Shown here: positions 46,701 through 64,000 of the stretch, piece by piece
How the letters are laid out: every line of letters begins with the position of its first letter
Position numbering within the stretch: the stretch's first letter is position 1
NCBI GenBank assembly: GCA_002269645.1
Contig: NIVC01000732.1
Coordinates: 186,001 to 250,000, forward strand
From: Macrostomum lignano
Lineage: Eukaryota
Length of the DNA: 64,000 nt
Direction: 5' to 3'
The notes under the pieces: model-generated
What the model saw: only the letters and a program-made list of their open reading frames with translations
The model's database searches: none
Told to the model about the DNA's origin: nothing
Translations under genes and position numbers: made by a program

Positions 46701-49700
46701 TGCGCTCCAATTTATCCAGCCAATACTGCCGCTCCGACAGCATCTGGGCCTCCAGTTCGGCCAGACGAACCCGAAGATGATCGCTCTCGCCGCCCATCTG
46801 CTCAGCCTGAGCAGCCAGCACAGTCTGCAGCCGGGAAAGCTCATCCTGCATTGTCTGCCTGGCATCTTGAGCCGCTCGCAGCTGCTCAGCGTAAAACTCT
46901 TTGGCTCGGCGCAATGCCGCCGCCTCGGCTGCCAAATCTCGGCTGGAAGCTTCGCTGGCTTCGCGTGCCTGACGTCCGGATTCGAGGTCAACGTAGAGCT
47001 CGGCTAGGCGGGACTTCAGCGATTGCACCGTCTCTTGGCGGGCGTCCAGGCAGTCCTGGAAGGGATTGACAAATACGGATAGACAGGGTGACATGATTCT
47101 AGACAGGGTGACATGATTCTAGACAGGGTGACATGATTCTAGACAGGGTGACATGATTCTAGACAGGGCGAAATGATTCTAGACAGGGTGACATGATTCT
47201 AGACAGGGTGACATGATTCTAGACAGGGCGAAATGATTCTAGACAGGGTGACATGATTCTAGACAGAGCGAAATGATTCTAGACAGGGTGACATGATTCT
47301 AGACAGAGCGAAATGATTCTAGACAGGGTGACATGATTCTAGACAGGGCGAAATGATTCTAGACAGGGTGACATGATTCTAGACAGGGTGACATGATTCT
47401 AGACAGGGCGAAATGATTCTAGACAGGGTGACATGATTCTAGACAGGGTGACTTGATTCTAGACAGGGCGAAATGATTCTAGACAGGGTGACATGATTCT
47501 AGAAAGAGCGACATGATTCTAAAAAGAGCGACATGACATTAGACAGAGTGACATGACATTAGACAGAGTGACATGACATTAGACAGAGTGACGTGACATT
47601 AGAAGGAGTGACATGACATTAGACAGAGTGACATGACATTAGACAGAGTGACGTGACATTTGACAGAGTGACATGACATTAGACAGAGTGACGTGACATT
47701 AGACAGAGTGACGTGACATTAGACAGAGCGAATTGACATTAGACAGACCAACATGATATTAGACAGATCGACATGATTTTAGACATAGTGACATGATATT
47801 AGATTGAGCAACACGATTTTAGACAGAGTGACATGGTTTTAGATATTTTTATTAACATAATTTTAGTTATTAGTGAGAACATTTTAGAGACAGTGCATGA
47901 TTCTAGACATTAGTGACATGATTCTACACGGATTGACATGATTTGAGATAATAGTGGCATTGTTTTAGACAAATTGACATACAATAGTAGACATGACTTA
48001 TTATGGACAGAGCGACATGCTTACACCGAAAGACACAGTAACATGACTTACGGACAAATTTCCAAGCACATGATTCAAAAGACAGAGTGACATGAGCTGG
48101 GGACAAGCGGTCGCAACTCACCTGCAGTCCAACAACCTGCTGTCTGAGATCGGCGCTAGCCCGATTAGCGGCCTCCAATTCGGCGCTAAGCGCCCGCGCC
48201 TCAGCGGCGCGATCCTCCAGCGCCAGTCTCAGCCGAGCCCGCTCGGTCTGTGCGGCGTCCAGCTCGCGGCGAGTCTCCGGACCGCCCGCGGCGAGGCTGC
48301 GCAGCCGCTCACATTCGGCTGCCAGTTCGGCCCGCTGACGGAGTGCCGTCTCCGCTTCGGCTGACAGAACCTCCAGCTGGCCGAGCAGCTTGGCCCGTTC
48401 CAGACTCTCGGCTTCATCGTCGAAGTCGGATACGCCGGCTGTTGACTCCATATAGAGCGATTGGTCTTGGGGACGGGTTAATTTTGCGATTAATTGTGTC
48501 AGTGTTAATTACAGTGAATGTAGGGCAGCGATAATTAACGATAATTAGTTAACAAAAGCAGCGATGATTATCGGCAATTAGTGAATAAAAATACGGCGAT
48601 AATTATCGATAATTAGGGTACCAAAAAGCAGCGATATTCAATGAATATAAAGATCCGATAACTATGGATAATTAGTAAATTAATGAAACTGGTAATTATA
48701 TATAATTAGTGAATAAAAAGCAGCGATAATTATCGATAACTAGTCAACAAAAGCAACCATAATTATCGGCAATTACTGAATAAAAAGCGGCGATAATTAT
48801 CGATAATTATAGTAAACAAAAAGCAGCTATATTTATCGATAATTGGTGAACAAAAAGATGCGATAAATATCGATAATTAGTAAATTAAAGACACAAATAA
48901 TTATTGTACAAAAATTAGACACAATAAAACTAGTAAAACTATTGAATAATTAGTGGAGCAACGGTAAACCACAATAGAACTCACCATCTCCCATAGTTGC
49001 AGCCTTCTTACTATCGGCATCTGCAGCTTCCTGCTCCTCTTCCTGACCAGCAGCTTCCTCCACCCTCAGCCCGTCCAATCCCGGATCTCGAGTCGGCGGC
49101 GACTGGGTGCCTCTGGCCGACGACAAGCCTTCGACACCGCCGCCGGCACCCGCTCCTCCTCCGCTTCCTCCGGAAGGCAACGACCGCTGCAACTGGCCCA
49201 AACTGAGCACAATTGGCACGGGATGATACTCGAATGTCATATCCGGGATGCCGGAATCGCGAGACACTCTCGACACGCCAGACGCTTGAGACAGTCGACT
49301 GCTGCCGCCCGGCGGTCTCGGCGGCGACCGGTGGACGCCGACTTCGCGCCACAGGGCGCCACCACCGACAGCGCCTCTTAGCGGGTTGTTGACATCGTCT
49401 TCTTCAACTTCAGCGCGCGCTGCTGCAGGTCTCTGTTGTTGTTGTTGCTGCTGCTGCTGCTGCGACTGAGGCTGCTGCAGAATTGCTGAATCCTCTAATA
49501 AATTTACGTATATAATTTTATGTAGAAAGTATTACGCGGCGCATCTGAAGGCTGCGTACGGCTGTTCAGTCCAAGGACTGGGGGGTCGCCACGACACAGC
49601 CTCAATTACCCCAGCTAATGCTGGCACCCATTTTACAGCTGGGTGAACTGAAGACAAGTGTATCTTGCTCAAGGACACAAATTGCTCCAGTGGGATCAGG

Positions 49701-49966
49701 AATCGAACTCCCGACCTTCAAGTCGTGAGTCCGATGCTCTAACGAGAAGGCTACAACCCTAGGGATTACAAACAGGGGTTTTGAACAGAGCTTGGCCTAC
49801 AACATAAAGTTAATTTGTTAAGATAAGATAATTAATTTAGACTCTAACCTGTCTCATCAGAATTAGATGCAGATTGCACATCAGAACTGATTGGCTCCTT
49901 CTGCTTCTGTTTAGTCTTTGAATCATCAATGCTTGATGGCTTTGATTGCTGCTTGCGGGATGACAT
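40722..49966 (-). CDS. GOLGA3: Golgin-160 / GOLGA3-like coiled-coil protein (~1216 aa)
   Basis: Exons 49966-49849, 49494-48985, 48465-48122, 47055-45863, 44637-44368, 44130-43672, 42779-42147, 40845-40722 sum to 3651 nt in frame, all GT-AG. Long heptad coiled coil. LRRAKEFYAEQLRAAQDARQTMQDEL and PLASVNACLDELQSQISGLSANMTEHALAV resemble GOLGA3 segments as I recall them. Confidence 0.8.
40870..41645. repeat. 23-bp minisatellite (CCTGTTTATCTCACCCACCCAGG, then ...CCTCCCGTG variant)
   Basis: Last GOLGA3 intron. Two sequence variants are segregated 5' to 3'. Confidence 0.95.
41657..42092. repeat. 22/23-bp minisatellite (TTAATGACCATTATCAGAGGGAA)n
   Basis: Same intron, abutting the previous array. 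Confidence 0.95.
42834..43663. repeat. 20-bp minisatellite (GATCAGAATGACACCGAGGG)n
   Basis: Fills GOLGA3 intron 6. Confidence 0.96.
44172..44352 (+). repeat. 28-bp minisatellite family, array 2
   Basis: GCTGGGCCAGCCTC(T/C)CAGATCCTCAGTT units in GOLGA3 intron 5. Confidence 0.9.
44655..45800. repeat. 16/18-bp minisatellite (GGTGATGGATCTGACA)n
   Basis: Fills GOLGA3 intron 4. Confidence 0.96.
47079..47930. repeat. 20-bp minisatellite (AGACAGGGTGACATGATTCT)n, decaying rightwards
   Basis: GOLGA3 intron 3. Confidence 0.95.
48520..48890. repeat. Degenerate AT-rich tandem repeat (AAAAGCAGCGATAATTATCGATAATTAG...)
   Basis: Old, diverged ~35-40-bp units in GOLGA3 intron 2. Confidence 0.75.
49535..49759 (-). 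mobile_element. CORE-type SINE copy (3'-truncated)
   Basis: Homologous to 22550-22787. Lies in GOLGA3 intron 1. Confidence 0.85.
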
Positions 49967-51329
49967 TGCAGCTGGGCAAAAAGTGGAAATACATTTTTGA
50001 ACTTTTTGAATAAATTGTCATTTGATTTTGAGTAATAGTGTTGTATAAAATATTTCATAAGAAAACATTTATAAATTTTCAAACTATAAAAACTATAACT
50101 AATCAGTAAAATTGATCTAATTTACTATTTCATAAGCATAGCAATACATATTTTCTAAATAAACATGTAGTATAGATGTTAATAATAGTATTACTATGTT
50201 GTTAATAAACTATAAAATAGTTATTTTATTGTCAACATTCATTGCAAACAAAATTGCTATGACAACAAAATACAAATGAAAAAATTGAATTGTATAATAA
50301 GCATAAGCTGTTTTTAATTTTTCCATTATTGGTTAAACTATGTTCATAATGCAAGTATAAAGCAAAAACTTTTATATTTCTTTAAGAAAAATAAATGATA
50401 ATTAGTATTCAAAGCCTTAAGACAATTTTTCTAATGAAACATTTTTAGAGTTCTTATAGCTATATATTTTATCATCACTTTTAATAAATAAGATAAGAGC
50501 ATGATAAGGTAAAACTGGGGTTTTAACTTTTGGTAAGATTTTAGGACCCTATCTTTAGTTCCTATAGGCTCTATAGCATATTTACTAAAGGGTGATAAAT
50601 AATAGATTTAGGTTGAATTGATTACTTCAAATATACTAAAAATGAATTACAAACAAAAAATTAGAATTTCAATTAAAGGGTATTTTTTGTTTTTCCTTAC
50701 TTGGCCTTGCCCAATACATGCTATATAGAAGCTGTATTTTACTACTTGCACAATGCATGCTATATGCATTAGGATTGTAATATGCTTAGACTATATCTCT
50801 TTACTTTTTGCAACTTTTTGTATAGGTAGTGCAGCCTCTTTGATAGCTAACATGGCAGCTTAGTAGCCAGCTTAGTAGCTACTTCTATTGGGGTGCTACC
50901 AGATTTGTCAACTTTATTGATAAATTGGGTTACCTGACTATATGTTGTTAACTATTATTTATTATATACTAAAAATTGAAATACAGAGCCGATTAAAAAC
51001 ATATATATGTTTAAGATAATAAAGGCATATGGTTTATATTTGGTATTTATTTTTACAAACCATTAAAACTTGCAATTTTTTAATTCATTGAATTTCAATC
51101 ATTGAAAATATTTTTGCATGCATTTTGAAATTTGAAATTATACTTAAATAGCCAATCTGTTTTTTATATGTGGTGATTGTATAATATAAAAATAGCATTG
51201 CTATTTATATGGTTGAAATATTATGCAAGCATATTAGTTTTATGCATTCACCATAAAAATAACAACTGCCTACAAAAAATTGTCATTTGACACAATGTAT
51301 CTGCTCTGCTATCATATATATGGTATATA

Positions 51330-52058
51330 GGTGTAAGACCAAGACCGCCACACACCAAGACCGCCACACTTGGGGGAGCTAGGAGGGAGGAATTTGGCTC
51401 GCCATGTTATTGGATGGGGCTGAGGAGGGGTGAGATGGGGAGAGCCAGCAAGACAAGGCCACGAAAGAGTAACTGGTGAGCAGGCTAGCCTGGCTAGGTA
51501 GGTGAGTGAGCCAGGCTCCTTGTTTTTTTCATTTAATTTGAATTGTTAAAATTGCCCTGGTTGACTTGCAATCATTTTGGGCCACTTATTCATCTTATTA
51601 GTGACCAATCTTAGGACACTTCTTCTTCATCTAACTCCACAACCATACATGCGCAACCTCCAAAATTCAGTCGGCCATGCGACTTAGTTTTAACAAAAAT
51701 GCGACGTAGTTTTTGGCCAAAAATGCGACTTACATGTAATTAAAAAAACCATACGCAAAATTAACGCAACTTTGGGTAAACGGCAGGAGTAACTATGACT
51801 GTCTTATTAGGTCAAAATGCCTCGTCAGCTACTTAGTAATACTACTTTGGTATTTTTTCGGGTGGGCATTTTTGCGACTTCCTTGATTGGCTGCCAAATC
51901 GGTCGGCCGGATCGGCCGACTCGGCCGACTGTTGCGCATGTATGTCCACAACCCATCATAACCAATAGCAATGCTGGAAGATTGGTAGCTTCCCCTCAAT
52001 TCCAATAGTCAGTAAGAGCTGTGGCGGTCTTGGTATGTGGCGGTCTTGGTCATGCGCC
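51330..52058. mobile_element. Non-autonomous DNA transposon (MITE), 729 bp, GG-starting ~38-bp TIRs and 8-bp TSD
   Basis: Left GGTGTAAGACCAAGACCGCCACACACCAAGACCGCCAC; right end reverse-complements to GGCGCATGACCAAGACCGCCACATACCAAGACCGCCAC. GGTATATA at 51322-51329 and 52059-52066. No ORF. Confidence 0.85.
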
Positions 52059-53889
52059 GGTATATATGCCAGGATATACCTTGATATACCCTGAAAAAAG
52101 GGTAAGACCCTTGTTGTATGCTAGAAAATCCCAGCATATATGTCATCTTCCAAACTATGGGCTAGTTCCAACTTCCACTAGAAATACTAATAGTAAGTTA
52201 AAATTTTATAAGCTATAGATTCTATGTCAGTTAGGCTCATAGATACTAAAATAACTAGATAGGCCACTAAGGCATATATAATTAGGCCTACTAAAACAGC
52301 TTTCCACTTTCAGTTCACCAAACTACTTGCTGTCTGTCACCAAATAATAGCTTGCACCTCACAGACCTATCTGGGGTAATAGTAGTAGGCCTAGTAACAT
52401 TGTTATATCAATATAAGGCTCGAAGTTTCAACAGTCCACTGAGTCCAGCCTCCAACAACTTTATGCAGGACATGGTGATACTTCTAATCTAATGTAAGTA
52501 TAATTTAATTACGACACACAGGTTATAGGCCCCCTCCCTAGCTAATGCTAAAATAAAAATAAATCTAACAGTCAAACACTAACAGAACACTACGTCTATA
52601 GCCTAGGCCTAGCCTAGCCATAATTAAATATAAATATATATAATATATATAGATATAATATATATATTTACATTTAATTTTTCAGATTATTCTACTGAGG
52701 CCTGCGCATAGAAATGCTAGATAAATGAGTTCATACGCACTACTAAGATCCAAGAACTGAGTACTTAGTAACTCCGGCTCCAAACAATATCGAAAAATAT
52801 GCAAACGTCAGTTTCTAGACAGTCTGACATGATCTAGTTTAAAAATCATGAGTGATACATTCCAAGAAACATTCTTTTGTTACAAGAAATATTCATGAAT
52901 TTTACATAATTTAAAGAATATTTTTTTCAAAAAACCTTTTCGAAAAAATTATGCTAAATAGAGTGCGGTTTTTAGCTTATTTGAAAATCGAAAATCTGTT
53001 TTACTGGATTACGGCTCGAAAATTAAAAGATTTTTTAATTATCATCTGGGCAGCATGGATCGGCAAGATTCGCACAATTTATATCATAAAGTTAAAGAAT
53101 CACCTTTATTTATCTTCTACATCTATTTATGCAAAATTATATCAGGGACAACTAAAACAATGTTTATAACATTGTTTATGTTTTAGAATGTTTTAAACTT
53201 AATAACACAATGCTAATTTATTAGTTGTCTGAGCATTATGTCTAACAAAAATTGCGAATTATATTTTACCCAAAGTTAGTATCGAAGGCTATTTAAGTCT
53301 GTTCCTGATGTCTACGTGTTGACTCAGGGATAATAATCGTAGCTTACTTAGAATATAACTGTGCTTTAACTGCTTCTTCAAAACTATTTGACGTCGCTTA
53401 AACTCTAGAATGCACATTTCCATCTCCGTAAAGAAAACGCATATATTTTTCAGTCTCGGGTGTCCTGGAAGGGCATGATTTGCATTTTGAAGCATTGCAT
53501 GTACATGTAACAGTACAATTAACATTTACATTCATGCGTACATAACATTGTATGTACTCCGATCTTATACCTGCAAATTAAATGCACACTTGTGATGTGC
53601 TCGTACGCCACTAATCGAAGGGAAACTATTTGAAGGAAATTTCGCGCCCAATTCACCACAGAGCCCCCGGGTCTTGCTGCTTGCAGATGTTCATGTAAGG
53701 TACTCGCATCAATAATACAGTAATCAATACAGTAAAATACAGTTCTGCATCTTTATTTAATGACTATCTGAGTCGTTTATTTTTAGTAAAGAAGCGAACG
53801 CAAAATTTCACCCACACTTTTCTGAGGGAGAACAAAAGATAAAAAAGTACGCCAAATCTGACCACAATTGGATTTGACTATTCAGATAC

Positions 53890-55073
53890 TCAGGCATGTA
53901 CGCCACTGTACGAATTATTCCAACTCTGCCATCCTGGAGACCTTCATCCAGTCTAGGAACCTCGTCGGAGCGAATGGCTCTTTACGGCAGCGGCTCGCGA
54001 AGCTTCCTACTTTCTTCGGCCCAAACAGCAGAACGACAAGGCTGGACTGGATCCTCTGCCCTTTCCCAATGCGTTCTACGTATTGCGTAGTTCAAGAATT
54101 GTCTCCATCCCGAAGAAGGGCGCCTCCACGAGCCTTGACAACCAACGCGGCATCGCACTGGAGTGCACGCTGCCGAAGCTGCTGAACGCAGTGTTGCGCA
54201 ATCGGCTCCTTCCTGTCTTGAACTCGCTGCTGCTCGATCTACAAAGCGGCTTCAGGCCAGGCAGATCCACCACGGAGCAGATTGTAGCCATTCGGTGCAT
54301 TGTTGAAACCGGCAAGACTCGTCTTCGAGCCGTGTCTATCGTCTTCGTTGACTTCCGGAAGGCCTTCGACTCTGTCAGCAGGACGGCTTTAGCCTGGCTC
54401 CTGGCTCAGTACGGCGTCCCCGACACCCTGGTGACGGCAGTTATAGACCTGTACCACAACTCCAAGGCGTTTGTTGACTCCAGCGATGGCCCTACGGACG
54501 ACTTTGATACCACTTCCGGGGTGCTGCAAAGGGACCCGCTATCTCCCCTGCTTTTTCAGACCGATCTTCACCTCCGGAGCGCGGGACGACCTGAAGATCT
54601 ACCTGTTCCGCGCCGCCATCGAGCCGATCCTTCTCTACGGCATGGAGGCTGTCCCGATGACAACCACGCAAGAGCGGGCCCTGGACGCGATGTACCGCAA
54701 CCTGCTGCGCAAGGCGCTGGGCATGCGCTACCTGGCCGTCCTCCCGACGGCCCAGCTGATGGCGAGATCGAAATCGCCGTCCCTCAGCGCCACCCCCGCC
54801 GGCCTCGCCAGGCCCTGTTGGGACACTGCCTGCCGGCGGTTCGCCCGCGGCGATGACAACCCGCTCGGATTGGCCGTTCTGCACCCGCCGACCGAACGGT
54901 TCCGCCGCGGCCAAGGGCGGACCCAGACGCTCCGAGAGACACTTGTTGCCGACCTGGAGGCAATTGGACTGACCCCCCCCCCCCCAGACTGCTGCGACCT
55001 GCCCTGCCCCTCTTTTCCGCAATCGTGTGCGCGCTAGCGCCCCCTGACCCTAGCGTCGCTGTAATGTAATGTA
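53890..55073 (+). mobile_element. Internally deleted RTE-like non-LTR retrotransposon (pseudogenic)
   Basis: APE-type endonuclease tail (TFFGPNSRTTRLDWIL), RT motifs (IVSIPKKG, QSGFRPGRSTTEQI, VDFRKAFDSV, GVLQRDPLSPLLF), C-terminal KIYLFRAAIEPILLYG in a shifted frame, and a (TGTAA)n tail. No YADD motif. Confidence 0.85.
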
Positions 55074-55385
55074 CGAATTATGATGATAAAAATTAGGGTG
55101 CACTGCTCATTACGACGGTTTGCAAACACACAGTCATGAGTCTGTCGGCAATAAAACTCTAGCTTTATTGTTGCAAAGGAGCAATAGAAAAATGGCTGCA
55201 GAGTTACTAGCTACTCGACGCCAAATTAATAATACGGTCTCGCAGTTTGGCGTCGTTAGCATTATACGCTCGTTTCTTTAACTTTTTTTAGAGCCAGTAT
55301 AGAAGTCTTTTTGTACTTATCTATCGTCCTACAGAATTTGACACAGTGCCTTCATAGCACTGATGGGATTAAAGTAGCTGACACT

Positions 55386-55799
<414 letters not shown>

Positions 55800-56650
55800 C
55801 AGAATAGCTGACAATTTCTCCGCCTATATCTGGATATCAAAGCTCGTTAAAATCATACGCGGAAAGAATTTCAAGTCATTCAAAGGCTCATATTTAATTC
55901 ACTCAGGTTAGACAATATGTCAGTTTTGTGCATTAAATGAACTATAATTACACAGTATCATGTCAAACGGACACAGTCGTATTGCAGCTAAATACACATT
56001 ACATGATTTAGTGTTTCACATGGCTAAATTTCATTAAATTCGTGTAGCATGATTCTTTTTTAAAGCAAAATTTCGATTGAACCATCCTACAAGAGTCCTT
56101 TTGATGTGAGCATCTGAGCGCTATATATACGCATACGTGACTAAAGCTGTTTATGCCGATAGCTACCACAATAGGCAGAGATGGACAGAAAATGCACTGA
56201 GAAAGAGAGAGAGCCAGTTTACACAATAGGAGGGGGCCACGGCCTGCTTGCGGCTTGACAACTCCTCCCTCAAATTTTTTCTTCTTTTTTGGCCTGGCTT
56301 TTTTTCCGCAGTTTTGTGCCGTTTCTTTGCCCTGACCTGCCCCCCCCCCCCCAACTCGCCTCCTCCGTCCTGTCTTCTTCTCGCTACTAGCAAAGACTGC
56401 GCCCAATATATGAAGCTCAATTTTGGCCAATTCAATTCAAATTTAATTTTTCTCTGCCTCCACTGTCTCTTTGCCGAGGGCCAACCACCCACACCGTGGC
56501 TGGCGCTTCAACTACGAGTAGGATAACATTCAAGTGGTCAGAGACCTCTCTCAGATATATTAAAGTTTTTTTAGCAAGGCGAGCATCTGCCAGAGTGAAA
56601 GAATTTGGTGCTGCTTCTGCTGTTGCAAAAACAATTGGCTCAGCTAAGTC

Positions 56651-63651
<7,001 letters not shown>

Positions 63652-63674
63652 GTGCGTGTCTCAGCCAGGGTTAT

Positions 63675-64000
63675 CTGGGAGGCTGGCCCAGCAACTGGGG
63701 ATCTGGGAGGCTGGCCCAGCAACTGGGGATCTGGGAGGCAGGTCTAGCAACTGGGGATCTGGGAGGCTGGCCCAGCAACTGGGGATCTGGGAGGCTGGCC
63801 CAGCAACTGGGGATCTGGGAGGCAGGTCTAGCAACTGGGGATCTGGGAGGCTGGCCCAGCAACTGAGGATCTGGGAGGCTGGCCCAGCAACTGGGGATCT
63901 GGGAGGCTGGCCCAGCAACTGAGGATCTGGGAGGCTGGCACAGCAACTGGGGATCTGGGAGGCTGGCCCAGCAACTGAGGATCTGGGAGGCTGGCACAGC
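63675..64000 (-). repeat. 28-bp minisatellite family, array 3 (inverted), truncated by window edge
   Basis: CTGGGAGGCTGGCCCAGCAACTGGGGAT is the reverse complement of the 30712 unit. Confidence 0.95.

Noticed and set aside
55216-55259. 10-bp inverted repeat CGACGCCAAA/TTTGGCGTCG
   Set aside because: Single short hairpin with no TSD or second copy seen.

Overview
Eukaryotic (metazoan) genomic DNA with GT-AG introns, GC-rich exons, AT-rich spacers and very abundant micro/minisatellites. The style resembles a free-living flatworm such as Macrostomum, but that is inference only. Left to right: (1) an intact Ty3/Gypsy LTR retrotransposon (155-5101) with identical 196-bp LTRs, a tRNA-Leu PBS, a PPT and a -1 frameshift signal, inserted in a long (GATA)n array; (2) four tandem 5-exon paralogs of a divergent fimbrin/plastin-like actin bundler (6628-27034) that lack the EF-hand headpiece and have CH4 split by a variable low-complexity insert, about 700 aa and mostly a decapeptide repeat in copy 1; (3) a 12-exon SLC37A-type sugar-phosphate exchanger (+) with a candidate minimal hammerhead ribozyme in one intron; (4) TFB1M (-); (5) an 8-exon GOLGA3/golgin-160-like gene (-); (6) MITEs, two tRNA-derived SINE families and an internally deleted RTE-like LINE; (7) the 5' part of a probable tensin-like gene (+) running off the window end. 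Most long introns are filled by their own tandem repeat, and most very long repetitive ORFs in the track are artefacts of these repeats. All family assignments come from motif recognition by eye, with no database searches. Repeat boundaries are approximate.
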